A stretch of 64,000 bases of DNA from Thermoplasmata archaeon. GTDB taxonomy: Archaea; Thermoplasmatota; Thermoplasmata; Thermoplasmatales; GCA-001856825. The first letter of the stretch is position 1. Each line of letters starts with the position of its first letter. This document shows, piece after piece, positions 12,910-23,680 of this stretch. The notes below the pieces were generated by a model, which had not been told where the DNA came from, did not search any database, and worked only from the letters and a program-made list of their open reading frames with translations. The stretch spans positions 109,747 to 173,746 of the forward strand of contig JAGDXP010000002.1 of assembly GCA_023256475.1 (NCBI GenBank), given 5' to 3'. The translations under genes and the position numbers were made by a program.

Positions 12910-15900
12910 TTCAACTCACCCAACCTTAACCTCATAACAACACCAAGCGACATCAGCTCATCCCTCATTAGCTTGAACGCATAGCTCGTCTCTATTGGAT
13001 GAATGTTTGTCGTATTTCCGCACACTGGACATCTCAGTTCTTTCTTGTTGTAGTCATTGATTGCGACATGACCGCACTCCGGGTCACCACACACCCATAT
13101 AGTAAAGCCATCGCTCTGATCCAGAAGCCTGTCCTTAATTGTCATGGCCGCACCGTGTCCGATTAGTGTATCTCTTTCCATTTCTCCGAATCTCAAACCA
13201 CCCTGCCTGGACCTACCCTCAGTGGGTTGCCTTGTAAGGATCTGCACAGGTCCTCTGGACCTTGCGTGGAATTTACCAGCAACCATGTGGTGTAACTTCT
13301 GGTAAAAGACAACCCCTATGAATATATCAGCTTCAAACTTTCTTCCGGTTATGCCATCGTACATTGTTTCTCTTCCAGTGTATTTGAAGCCATTCCTCTC
13401 CAGTGCTTCCCTTAAGCTTTCCTCAGGTTCCCCGTTGAATATGGTACCGTTTATGAATCTTCCTTCCAGAGACCCGACTTTTCCTCCCAGAGTTTCCAGG
13501 AGGTGACCTACTGTCATTCTGCTTGGGATTGAGTGCGGGTTTATTATTATATCAGGAATGACTCCGTCTTCTGTGAAAGGCATGTCTTCCTGAGGTATGA
13601 TTGCACCAACAACCCCTTTCTGTCCATGCCTGCTTGCGAATTTATCACCCAGCTCGGGTATTCTGTCTCCCCTGACCTTAACTTTAATCATTCTGCTGTT
13701 GTTTTCTGATACTGTTAAAATGACGCTGTCAACGTAGCCAGACTCCCCTGGCCTGTTGGTTATGGAGCTCTCTCTCCTCCTCTGTGTTGTTATAAATTGC
13801 TGGTCCTCTTCTCCCATGAACCTTGGTGGTGATGTTTTTCCAATAAGAACATCTCCGCCTTCAACGAAGGTCTCAGGGGAAATGAATCCATTATCATCCA
13901 GGTTTCTGTATGCTCCCTCAGGCCTAACACCTGAGACATCATGGGGAGGAACCTCAAACTTATCTTCCTGGCCTCCAGGATACCTCTTCTCCTCTGTTTT
14001 GTAAGTCCTAAAGAACGCTGACCTTCCAAGTCCCCTTTCCACTGAAGCCTTGTTCAGTATTACTGCATCCTGTATGTTATAATTGTGATATGATAACAAC
14101 GCAACCACAGCGTTCTGACCTGATGGCCTTCTGTTGTATTTAATGAAATCTGATTGCTTTGTGGTGACTATGGGCTTCTGCGGATAGTGAAGTACGTGCC
14201 CCCTAGTATCGGCCCTTAGCCTGAAGTTGCTTTCTGATAGTCCCAGAGACTGTTTTGTCATAGCAGCACCCATGGTTACCCTGGGGCTCTGATTATGTTC
14301 AGGATAAGGAATGACACCGACTACCGCTCCAAGGATTAACAGAGGATTTATTTCCAGGTGCGTATGCTCTGGCCCATAGGTTTTCTTTGCTTCGAATATC
14401 TCCCCACACTTTAGACATTTTAGCTTAACAGTATCATCCCCTGGATTAACCCAATCCATCTTATCTGAGTATAGGTAGGTTCCGCATTTGGGGCACCTCT
14501 CCGGCTTTTCGAATGGCTCCACAGCTACGTATGCATTTTCCTCTTCCTCAGCATCCAGCCATTCTATAATTCCGGAATTAACCATTTCCTTAACTCCCAT
14601 CTTGCCCGATGCAATTTCCTCCCTTATCTTGCTGTTCATCTTTATTTTACCGTCATAAACTACGAAGACCGGCCTCCTCAATCTTCCTTTATCTGTATTT
14701 ATGACAACCTCATTTGTGGTTTCATCGAATTTTACATTAATCTGATCAGGCATTTGCCCGCTTCTTCTCTTTTTTCTTATATCATTGACCAATTCCACGC
14801 CATCTTCATAATAGCCTACAAGGTTTCCGTTTACGTAGACCCTTGAGAAGCCTGGTTTCTCTCCCAGTACCTCTTCAAGGCCCTTCTGCTTTAGATAACT
14901 CATTATCACTTCTTCTGGAATTCCTTCCGTTACCTGAACTATCAGTGCGGCATTCTTCACTAGACCGCAATTCTGGCCTTCGGGTGTCTCGTTGGGGCAC
15001 ATTCTTCCCCATTGTGTTGGATGAAGATCCCTTGCCTCAAAGTGGGGCTGAGATCTTGTGAGTGGCGATGAAATTCTTCTAAGATGTGAAATGGTACTAA
15101 TGTAAGATGTCCTCTCGAGCAACTGAGAAACACCTGTTCTCCCGCCAATCCAGTTACCAGTGGAGAGTGCATGTTTCAATTTTTCATTCAAAACATCCTG
15201 CCTTATGGAGGCAGATATCCTGATACCTCTCTTCTTATTGTAGGTCTTTTCAAGCTGGCTCTTTAGATCCTTAAGCAATGCCTGCACACTGCTCCTGAAC
15301 AGTTCTTCCAGAAGGTCACCAGAGAGCTTTATTCTCTTGTTAGCCATGTGATCCTTATCATCTTCCTTTCTTATTCCGAGATACAACTCCAGAAGTGCCC
15401 TTGCCATCCTACCCAGAAATACACCCTTCTTGTACCTATCCTCCTCTGTATCTCCAAGGTGTGGCAGAAGGTTCTTATCGAGTATTTGTGACAATTTCTT
15501 TTCCCTGAATTCCTTGGCCTGACCAGCTGCAAATCTCTTCTCGAGATACACGATGGCGTCCTTGGTAGTCCTGATTCCTTCTGGTAAATATTGATCTGGA
15601 GTACTCGCATCTTCAATATTGGCCATGACTATGGAAACCATCCTTTCATCTGTGACAATGGCATCATAAATTTCATTATCTTTCTCAACACCAAGGGCCT
15701 TCATCAAAATTACCAATGGGATTGTTCCCGCTATGGATGGAATGGAAACAATTAAGAGGCCATCACTCTTCCTCTCAAGTGTTATCAATGCCCTGTATCC
15801 TTCTTTCTGTGAGAAAATCTTTGCAACTTCCACCTTGGTATCATACTTTTCCTCATATTCCACTATGATTTTATTGGGAGCAAGATCCTCCATGGATATT

Positions 15901-16538
15901 AGGGTTCTCTCAGTTCCTCCGATAATAAAATAACCACCGGGATCTGCAGGATCCTCTCCAAGAAGCCTTAGCTTATCTTCATAACTCATTGCCAGGAGTT
16001 CTTCCTCAGTCTTCCCTCTTATCCTTTCTCCCCTTCGAAGGTTGATTCTCCTTATGAATTCGTCGATGTTGTTCTTGTTGAGTATGCATATTTTCGACCT
16101 TACCATTACCGGAAATTCTCCTATCTTAACCTCTTCAGGCGGCCTTACAACCTGATCATCTTCGACTATAGTGAACCTCACATATAGTGGAGCCATATAG
16201 TTTAGATCCCTTAGCCTTGCCTCCATGGGTGTGATGTAATTCTCAGAACCTGTAGGCTCCCTTATCAATGGAAGCCCTATCCTAACTGTTGGTTCATCGT
16301 ATCCGTTAGGCCCACTCTTTCTTCCGAATCTAATCCTAATATCGCTACCACCTGTCTTTGACCTGTCAAGCTTCATCTCTCCTGGCGGATCATCCTCGGA
16401 AACCCTAAGAGTATCCAGAACCTCCTGCATCCCAGAATTAGGGTTGTCGTCTGTTGGAATAAAATCGTTGTAGCTAGTCAACTGATGGCTAACTGCATCA
16501 AACTCTCTAAAAATCGCATCCAAAACTTCCTTAACCAT
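12906..16538 (-). CDS. rpoB: DNA-directed RNA polymerase subunit B (unsplit)
   Basis: 1210 aa. Motifs [10 protein letters not shown] and [13 protein letters not shown], plus the C-terminal Zn site CGDPECGH...CPVCG. A single ORF covers both the B'' and B' parts. Confidence 0.95.
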
Positions 16539-16796
16539 TTATTCACCTACCACCATTCTATAAACAATATAAATTCCACTTGTCCTGCTATTATTCCTAA
16601 TAATTTTAATAATCCTTCCTGGCTCAATGGGACCATATTTCTCTTCTAGAATTTTTATAACTGGATCAGATTTTCGAATCTTAGGAAGCTGTTCTCGCTT
16701 GATCCCTAGATTCTTTAGGAGCTCTTCTTCCTCCTCCTTGCTTAAAAGTTCATGAGCTGGTACCAATTCATGCTTCAAAATATTATATTTACCCAT
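16539..16796 (-). CDS. rpoH: DNA-directed RNA polymerase subunit H (Rpo5)
   Basis: 85 aa. HELVPAHELLSKEEEEELL...LPKI is typical of RpoH. It lies immediately upstream of rpoB. Confidence 0.9.
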   Translation of the reverse strand: MGKYNILKHELVPAHELLSKEEEEELLKNLGIKREQLPKIRKSDPVIKILEEKYGPIEPGRIIKIIRNNSRTSGIYIVYRMVVGE

Positions 16797-17435
16797 ATAA
16801 CCTACACCCTTCCAATATTCCAGAGCCTATTACACCAATTTCTTTGTACATATTAATCTTAATCATCATTAGACCTCTGGAATAGCTACCCTATATTAAA
16901 AACATATAATTAATTTTTGCGATTCGACGATCTATCTTCTCGTTGAACATAATAGATCGGATTTAAGATAGATTGTTTGGAATGCTCTATAAGCTGAATC
17001 AATTAAGATTTTACTTTAGATTTCTATTGCTCAATCATTCCTCGCAGCTTTGGAGCCTTTCGCAGAGCCTCAGTTATTGAGTTTAAGGGACGTGTCTACC
17101 CTGAACTTTCCCCTCCTTGAGGGATCAATGCTTACCTTGCATGCATTCCTGTCTGCATGCAATTTATATAGGTATTTGTCAGCTATGCCCGGGATAAAAT
17201 GCGGAAACATTCCAAACATTCTCTTAACTTATTTTATGTTGGAAGCATACCCCAAGCCATATGCTGAGACTTATTCGCAACACCTTACACATCTCTATGA
17301 TTTTCATCAAAATGCATTTACATTTCGCAATTCGTCTCCCCTTAAATGTCGATCCAATTTTGTTCCTTTTTCCGTTATTTAATGATAATTCAGGAAATTA
17401 ACTATAAATATTAATGATCTATTAGCTTTGATCAA

Positions 17436-17633
17436 ATGAGCGTAAATAGTCTTCTAAGGCTCTTATCATTCATGCTATTCGGTGCAGCAGTCATATTCTA
17501 TCTATCATGGGGAATAGCATATGGAGATTGGACAGATATTGGGTTATACAGCATAACTGTAGTTCTGGCAGGGTTTGGGTTAACTGGTTTTTTCCTGTTC
17601 AATGAAAAAATAAAGCAGGGAATTGAAGATTAA
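17436..17633 (+). CDS. Small two-helix membrane protein (hypothetical)
   Basis: 65 aa with two hydrophobic segments (LLSFMLFGAAVIFYLSWGI and LYSITVVLAGFGLTGFFLF). ATG start. No recognisable family. Confidence 0.4.
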   Translation: MSVNSLLRLLSFMLFGAAVIFYLSWGIAYGDWTDIGLYSITVVLAGFGLTGFFLFNEKIKQGIED

Positions 17634-17642
17634 TTTTTAAAT

Positions 17643-19028
17643 TTAATACTTCTTTGAAATGATGGTTTTCTTCCCCTCCTTTCCACATACTATGCATTTC
17701 CCTGAGCCTTCCGTTGTTGATAGTAAGCTCTTGCCTGTTTTTTCCTCTATCACATCGGCACACTGCTTTTCCCCACACCAATAGACGTAATTTGGATAGA
17801 AGTCCATTTCTTCCTCCAGGCTTTTAAGTGGCTTGATATATGCATTGATCCTTTCTTTCGCTCTAGAATAAATTTCAGACTGTATTTCCTCCAATATGGA
17901 GTTAACTTTTGATAGGAATTCTTCCCTAGCTATAGAAACCTTACCTCCAGTCCTCTTGGCATAAGTTACTTTCTTCTCGGAAACTTCTTTCTTTCCTATT
18001 TCCAGCCTCAGGGGGACCCCTTTTTCCTCCCAATCATTGAATTTCCAGCCTGGTGTATACTGGTCCCTCTCATCCAGTCTGACCCTGATCTTCATTTGAT
18101 CAAGTACTTTGAAAATTTCCCTTGAGTATTCCATCACCCCTTCTCCAGGTATGGGAACTATTACTATCTGTATGGGGGCCACCCTCGGTGGAATTATTAA
18201 TCCCTTCTTATCCCCATGTATTCCTACTATGGAAGCAATCAGTCTCTCAGAAATTCCAAAAGTTGTCTGATGAGCATACTTGATATTTCCATTTTCATCT
18301 ACAAATTTTATTTCATAGGGCTTGGCAAAGTTGTCCCTATACTGATGGATGGTGGCAATCTGCAATGATCTACCGGAGGGAAAGAATGTGTCTGCACCTA
18401 TGGTATAATATGCTCCTGGAAACTTGTCCCAGTCAGGCCGTCTTCCCATTATGTATGGGACTGCAATATCCTCGGCGACTCTCCTCCATATCTCCATATC
18501 GTCAGCTATCTGCCTTTCAGCATCCTCGTAACTATCATGTACTGTATGGCCTTCAATGAAGTGAATTTCCCTTACTCTTATAAATGTCCTGGTCTGTTTG
18601 GTCTCATATCTGAAAACATTAACAATTTGATATGTTCTCAATGGCAGGTCAGCATGTGACCTGATCCATAAGGAAAATATTGGGTACATGGCAGTCTCAG
18701 ATGTTGGGCGCAAAACCAATTGCTCGTCCAGTTCTGTATCCCCGCCCTTCGTTATCCAATAAACTTCCGATGTAAATCCCTTAATGTGCTCTGCTTCCTT
18801 ATTGAATTGACTCTTAGGTATGAGGGATGGGAAGTAGACTTCCTGATAACCAAAATCTTCGAAATGCTTTCTTATTCTTTCGTCTATAAGCCTCATTAAC
18901 TTCCATCCATACGGTGGCCAGACATTCAAACCCTTAACTGGATATCTTTTATCCGTTAATCCAGTCCTCTCAATTATATCGTTGTACCACTCGGAGAAAT
19001 TAGTCTCTGGATCCTCTTTAGCCATCAA
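17643..19028 (-). CDS. proS: Prolyl-tRNA synthetase (archaeal/eukaryotic type)
   Basis: 461 aa. Class II motifs (LRPTSETAMYP, FRYE...TRTFIRVREIHF..GH) and a C-terminal Cys-containing zinc domain. Confidence 0.95.
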   Translation of the reverse strand: MMAKEDPETNFSEWYNDIIERTGLTDKRYPVKGLNVWPPYGWKLMRLIDERIRKHFEDFGYQEVYFPSLIPKSQFNKEAEHIKGFTSEVYWITKGGDTELDEQLVLRPTSETAMYPIFSLWIRSHADLPLRTYQIVNVFRYETKQTRTFIRVREIHFIEGHTVHDSYEDAERQIADDMEIWRRVAEDIAVPYIMGRRPDWDKFPGAYYTIGADTFFPSGRSLQIATIHQYRDNFAKPYEIKFVDENGNIKYAHQTTFGISERLIASIVGIHGDKKGLIIPPRVAPIQIVIVPIPGEGVMEYSREIFKVLDQMKIRVRLDERDQYTPGWKFNDWEEKGVPLRLEIGKKEVSEKKVTYAKRTGGKVSIAREEFLSKVNSILEEIQSEIYSRAKERINAYIKPLKSLEEEMDFYPNYVYWCGEKQCADVIEEKTGKSLLSTTEGSGKCIVCGKEGKKTIISKKY

Positions 19029-19107
19029 CCCTTAATCTTTAAGGTTATTTAATTCTATATATTTAACCGACCGAATTTTTAATAAAGTTTATGAATAGTG
19101 CATTATT

Positions 19108-20562
19108 ATGCATCGAATGGAACTGACCAATTCTGAGAAGAAAATAATCAAGTACCTCAAAGGGAAAGATTTCGTGGACGTAGAAGAGTTATTCAAGGTT
19201 ATGGATAAGAATGAGGTGGCCAGTGCTGTATCATGGCTCAAGGAAAAGAAGTTAGTGAATGTTGATGAAAAGCCCTTCAGAGTGTATGCACTGGGAAAGG
19301 AGGGTAAAAAAGTTCTTGAATCAGAATTGCCTGAAGAAAAACTTCTAAAATTAATTGAAGATGGAATTCACGATATTCAGGAGCTTCAAAAATTAATGGG
19401 AGATGACTTGAGGTATGCGCTGGCTCAGTTCTATAAATTTGGAGGGAAAACAGAGAACGGGAAAGTTTCAATAGAGAATCCTGAACCTTTAAGGGAGTAC
19501 ATTTCAAAGGTGAAGGAAGTATTAAACAAGATTTCAAAGGGCGAAAATCAAGACATTGATATAACCGCTGTTAAAGGAAGGAAGGATTTTGTGGAAGAGA
19601 AAGTCAGGATGAGAAGGAAGATTAGGCTCACCGAACAGGCATATAGAATTCCAGAACAGGAACTGATTGAATCTGAAGAAATAAATCAAATTACCCCAGA
19701 ACTAATTGAGAGATATAATGAAAGCATCAAGCTGAGGCCATATGATGTAATGCTTTATGCCCCAAGAGCGCTTCCTGCCAAGATCCATCCTCTATCAGAA
19801 TTCATTGAAATTGTTAGGAAAAAGATGATAGCCATGGGGTTCCAAGAGCTCTATGGCAATTTTATAGAAAACACATTCTGGAATATGGATATCCTCTTCA
19901 TACCTCAGAACCATCCTGCCAGGGACATGCAGGATACATTCTATGTGGAAGGTACTCTAGCGCCAGATAAGGCCATGGCAGAAAAAGTGAAAACAGTCCA
20001 TGAAAAAGGATTGGAAAATGGGAGGGGATGGGGATACAATTGGTCTATTGATGAGGCATCAAAGAGAATACTTAGAACTCACACAACTGTCAATACCATA
20101 AGGTATCTTGTAGAACACCCCCATGAGCCCTGCAAGATTTTCTCTGTTGAAAGGATATTCAGGAGGGAGAACCTTGATTCAAGGCACCTGGCTGAATTTA
20201 CTCAGGTTGAAGGAGTGATATCAGGTCCGGGAGTCAATTTCGGAGTGCTAATTAGAACCTTGAGGGAATTCTATAACTCCCTAGGAATAAAGGATTTAAA
20301 ATTCAAGCCTTCGTACTTCCCTTATACAGAACCATCGCTGGAAATTTTTGGAAAGTTCATGGGAAAATACATGGAACTCGGAGGAGCGGGACTCTTCAGA
20401 CCGGAGGTTTTAAGACCCTGGGGGATTAAATATCAGGTGGCTGCGTGGGGGCTTGGCTTGGAAAGGCTGCTAATGCTTGTTCTGAATCTGGATGACATAA
20501 GGGACATTTACAGAAACGACCTGGCATTTCTCCAGGAAAGAAGAATTATAAGAATAAAATAG
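19108..20562 (+). CDS. pheS: Phenylalanyl-tRNA synthetase alpha subunit
   Basis: 484 aa. N-terminal wHTH repeats and a class II core (HPARDMQDTFY, FRRE..D..HLAEFTQVEG, GLGLERL). An alternative start is at 19117. Confidence 0.9.
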   Translation: MHRMELTNSEKKIIKYLKGKDFVDVEELFKVMDKNEVASAVSWLKEKKLVNVDEKPFRVYALGKEGKKVLESELPEEKLLKLIEDGIHDIQELQKLMGDDLRYALAQFYKFGGKTENGKVSIENPEPLREYISKVKEVLNKISKGENQDIDITAVKGRKDFVEEKVRMRRKIRLTEQAYRIPEQELIESEEINQITPELIERYNESIKLRPYDVMLYAPRALPAKIHPLSEFIEIVRKKMIAMGFQELYGNFIENTFWNMDILFIPQNHPARDMQDTFYVEGTLAPDKAMAEKVKTVHEKGLENGRGWGYNWSIDEASKRILRTHTTVNTIRYLVEHPHEPCKIFSVERIFRRENLDSRHLAEFTQVEGVISGPGVNFGVLIRTLREFYNSLGIKDLKFKPSYFPYTEPSLEIFGKFMGKYMELGGAGLFRPEVLRPWGIKYQVAAWGLGLERLLMLVLNLDDIRDIYRNDLAFLQERRIIRIK

Positions 20563-20568
20563 AAATTT

Positions 20569-21150
20569 TCAGAGCTCCAATTTTTTCTGTATTCCGTTGC
20601 TTCCTTTCTTGAATTTGAATTTCTCGCTTATTATATCAGAAAGAACCTTTATGGCCAAATCCGGATATTGCTCCTGAGGAATGAAAGCCTCCATCTCTGG
20701 TGTTAATTTCACTTCTTTGCTTTCAATTTTCTCCAAAATCCTCTTCCTTTCCTTCTTATCGATCCTCTTGGCATTGGATATGGACATTACCCCAGCCTTT
20801 TCAAGCTCAGCGGAAAATATCGGCCTCTCAAATATTCTATATAAAACATATAGAGTCTTTTCGGCCTTGTGGTCTTCCTCTCCCTGAAGCTTCTCCCTGA
20901 TGAAATCATAGATGGTTTCCCCGTCTTTTTTATTCAGATAATATATCTTGGATGGCTTGACGTACTTCTCCTTGAGCAATCCGAAATCTGTCATTGCTTT
21001 CAGGTATCCAGTAAGCTCGAGCCGATGTATCTTGGCATTGTCGGTTGTCTTGAGTTCTTTGTATATGCCTGATATTGACTTCCCATCGCCACGCAGTATC
21101 TCGAGGATGTGATCCTTTAAGGGAACTCCATGAAGTTCTTGGTCTTCCAT
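20569..21150 (-). CDS. Hypothetical protein with N-terminal winged-helix-like domain
   Basis: 193 aa. ILEILRGDGKSISGIYKEL...LTGYLKAMTDFGLL resembles a wHTH. Its ATG overlaps the fbp stop (TAATG). Confidence 0.4.
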   Translation of the reverse strand: MEDQELHGVPLKDHILEILRGDGKSISGIYKELKTTDNAKIHRLELTGYLKAMTDFGLLKEKYVKPSKIYYLNKKDGETIYDFIREKLQGEEDHKAEKTLYVLYRIFERPIFSAELEKAGVMSISNAKRIDKKERKRILEKIESKEVKLTPEMEAFIPQEQYPDLAIKVLSDIISEKFKFKKGSNGIQKKLEL

Positions 21151-22259
21151 TATAGATCTCTGAACCTGTTCGACAATTTATTTCTAACTTCGTTTAATGT
21201 CGTATATTCCATTTCTTCATCTGGAAGCCTGTGTGGTTCGAATGGACCCATTCTCCTGATGTAGTCAGTTATTTCCAGTGCCAGTTTTCTCGCATTGTCG
21301 AATGCAATATCTCCCAGAAGGTCTGCAGGACCAACAAGTCTCCCTTCAGAAAGCTGGAAACCTAAACCTATGACTCTTGGTGGACCATCAAACCTAGATG
21401 GAGTTGCGTCTTTCTCCGAAACTGGCATAATAGGCCCGTTGTGACTTCCTCTCATCCAGCCTGATACCAGATGTGGATAAGCAAATGGCTCCAGCACCTC
21501 TCCCATGGCCGGCAGACCTGCCTGAGCCCTTACTATGGCCACTGGATCATCCTTCCCCACATATTTTCCAGCAATTTCCTGCAGCTTGTCTGTACTGACT
21601 ACAGCCACTGGCTCATGAGGGAGATGCTTATTTTCTTTCCCCGGATAAACTCTCTTGATAACATATCTCCCTTTGGATCCTATGAGCGCAAGGATGTCAT
21701 AAATCTCATCAGGACTGTGCAAAGTCACTGCCTTTTTACCTATCACATCCCATATTTCAAAATCAAATCCATAATGCATATTGGGATCTATGACCAATCC
21801 TGCAGTGTTAAAAGGATCAGCAAATATCCTATAGATTGGTAGATTAAATGCTCCGGGCTCCGTCTTATCCATCATAAAAATAGCTACGGGCTCGCTCTTT
21901 CTCTCCTCAAACTCCATTTCGGCAACACCTGGACCCATGCCTTTCAGGTTTCCTGAGAAGGAGTCTTTTAGAAGATCCTGCCCTGCACCGTAAAGTTTCA
22001 ATTTCTTTGCAGCTTCTGTGGCCTTTAGGAAAGCATCCCATGCCATTTTGTGTATTTCAGAGGAACCTTCACCCTTTGTATGGGTAATTATTAATTGAAG
22101 ATCATCTCCCACTGCTGTAACGTAAAAATCAATTATTTTACCCTCGTCCCTTGCATTCTCCAATACAAGTCTCGCCTCATTCTTTAGGTCCGGATGGACC
22201 CTAGAATGGCCGGCCAGACCACCAACATCAGCTTTGATCACGCTTAAGGTTATCTTCAT
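21150..22259 (-). CDS. fbp: Fructose-1,6-bisphosphate aldolase/phosphatase (class V FBPase)
   Basis: 369 aa. The N-terminus MKITLSVIKADVGGLAGHSRVHP is the hallmark of the archaeal bifunctional FBP aldolase/phosphatase. Confidence 0.9.
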   Translation of the reverse strand: MKITLSVIKADVGGLAGHSRVHPDLKNEARLVLENARDEGKIIDFYVTAVGDDLQLIITHTKGEGSSEIHKMAWDAFLKATEAAKKLKLYGAGQDLLKDSFSGNLKGMGPGVAEMEFEERKSEPVAIFMMDKTEPGAFNLPIYRIFADPFNTAGLVIDPNMHYGFDFEIWDVIGKKAVTLHSPDEIYDILALIGSKGRYVIKRVYPGKENKHLPHEPVAVVSTDKLQEIAGKYVGKDDPVAIVRAQAGLPAMGEVLEPFAYPHLVSGWMRGSHNGPIMPVSEKDATPSRFDGPPRVIGLGFQLSEGRLVGPADLLGDIAFDNARKLALEITDYIRRMGPFEPHRLPDEEMEYTTLNEVRNKLSNRFRDL

Positions 22260-22362
22260 ATTTTTTCACCTTTTCCATATAATTGTTTTATTACTTAATA
22301 TTAATGGTAGCCGAAATTATGAAACCATAAATAATTTACCTTTTTTAGATCAAAAACTAAAA

Positions 22363-23265
22363 TCACTGATTTTCACACAATGATTTTAGGAAGAACCTGG
22401 TAGCTTGCGTCAACGAAATTTGACCTTTGGATATCTTATCTGCGAGCTCTTCTATTGTTTTGTCATTGGAATTTATGATTGCCATTATGTTGTTTTTCAG
22501 CTTCTCCTTATTTCTAACTTTATTTTCGTCTCTAGAGGTGTGATTTTTAAAATCTTTAATGGCATCCACAAGACCCTGTATGCCGGAGCCGTTTATGGAA
22601 GAGACCTTGAAAAATTTATGAGATTTTGCATTATCCGGAATACTCAATATCTCCATCAACTGTTTTTCCGCAACATATGCCTCAGGTCTATCGGATTTTG
22701 TTAGGACGATAAAATCCCCTATCTCCATCTGGCCTGCCTTCATAGCCTGTATTTCATCTCCGAGACCAGGTGCCAGCACCAAGGTCACAAGGTCTGAGAA
22801 GTACATTATGTCAACTTCATCCTGACCTGCACCCACAGACTCCACGATGACCATGCTATAACCCAGATAGGCTAAAAGATCAAGAACGTCCCCAATAGAA
22901 AAATTCAAGCCTCCACTCTGTCCTCTTGTGGACATGCTTCTAATGTATGCATCCCCCTCATCAATTATTCTCAATCTATTTCCCAGCAGTGATCCACCGC
23001 TGAACGGGCTAGTCGCATCAATCATCACGACTGCCAGTTTTTCTTCACCTGAAAATGCCTTGACCAACTTTGAAATCAATGTAGATTTCCCAGCCCCAGG
23101 GGGTCCAGTAATACCCAAAATAAACGATTTCCCTGGGGTTTTGTCAATTATTCCCCGAAGTTCATTGTACCCATCTAACCTATTTTCCAAAATTGTGATC
23201 AGTTTCCCTATGGCCCTCCTGTCCCCTGCCTTGGCTTTCTGAATTAGCTCTTCGATGTGAGTCAT
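22363..23265 (-). CDS. MeaB/ArgK-family G3E GTPase (metallochaperone of methylmalonyl-CoA mutase type)
   Basis: 300 aa. P-loop GITGPPGAGKSTL, followed by the ESVGAGQDE and LTKSD motifs typical of MeaB/ArgK. Confidence 0.8.
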   Translation of the reverse strand: MTHIEELIQKAKAGDRRAIGKLITILENRLDGYNELRGIIDKTPGKSFILGITGPPGAGKSTLISKLVKAFSGEEKLAVVMIDATSPFSGGSLLGNRLRIIDEGDAYIRSMSTRGQSGGLNFSIGDVLDLLAYLGYSMVIVESVGAGQDEVDIMYFSDLVTLVLAPGLGDEIQAMKAGQMEIGDFIVLTKSDRPEAYVAEKQLMEILSIPDNAKSHKFFKVSSINGSGIQGLVDAIKDFKNHTSRDENKVRNKEKLKNNIMAIINSNDKTIEELADKISKGQISLTQATRFFLKSLCENQ

Positions 23266-23317
23266 TTATGTTGTATTGATTCTTATTTAATATTCTTTAA
23301 TGAAATTCTATATCCCA

Positions 23318-23680
23318 TTAACAACTGTTCCGATTGATTCCACCCTTAAGTGTCCTTAGAGGCAGAAGCACGCACCCTATTCTGCCAGGAGAGACGCTTA
23401 TGGGAAAGTTTTCCAGATAGGATTGATCGGAAATACTCATTGCATCCTTGATGTTCATTCCGATTATCTTAGAAAGGAAGATATCGGCTGATAGGGTTGA
23501 AAGAACGCAAGCTTCCCCATCAAACTTTGCATCCTTAATTATCCCCTGTTCCAATTTGATATAAAGGTTAATTGCATCTCCACATTGTGTTCCAGTTCCC
23601 TTTATTACTATATCGGCAGAATCCAATTTTCCCCAATTTCTCAGTTCTCCATAACTATTAATGAAATCCCAATCAGACAT
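23318..23680 (-). CDS. sufU: SufU/IscU-like Fe-S scaffold or sulfur acceptor
   Basis: 120 aa with three conserved Cys contexts (QCGD, EACVLS, RIGCVLLP). It overlaps the sufS 3' end by 8 nt. Confidence 0.75.
   Translation of the reverse strand: MSDWDFINSYGELRNWGKLDSADIVIKGTGTQCGDAINLYIKLEQGIIKDAKFDGEACVLSTLSADIFLSKIIGMNIKDAMSISDQSYLENFPISVSPGRIGCVLLPLRTLKGGINRNSC

Noticed and set aside
17040-17160. RNase P RNA, suggested by the minus-strand GGAGGGGAAAGTTCAGGG motif, which resembles CR-I.
   Set aside because: I could not find a complementary P4 3' strand (CCCUGAACUU-like) or CR-IV/CR-V motifs downstream. The available length before the rpoH promoter is too short for a type A RNA. It is kept only as a prompt for a covariance-model scan.
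17300-17312. A C/D-box sRNA, suggested by a minus-strand TGATGA box.
   Set aside because: No D, D' (CTGA) or C' boxes occur at the expected spacing.
17050-17382. A 110-aa plus-strand ORF in the rpoH upstream gap.
   Set aside because: It has a TTG start, a composition atypical for this proteome (few K/E, many L/S/F/P/H/C) and no motifs. I treat it as non-coding sequence, possibly an ncRNA region.
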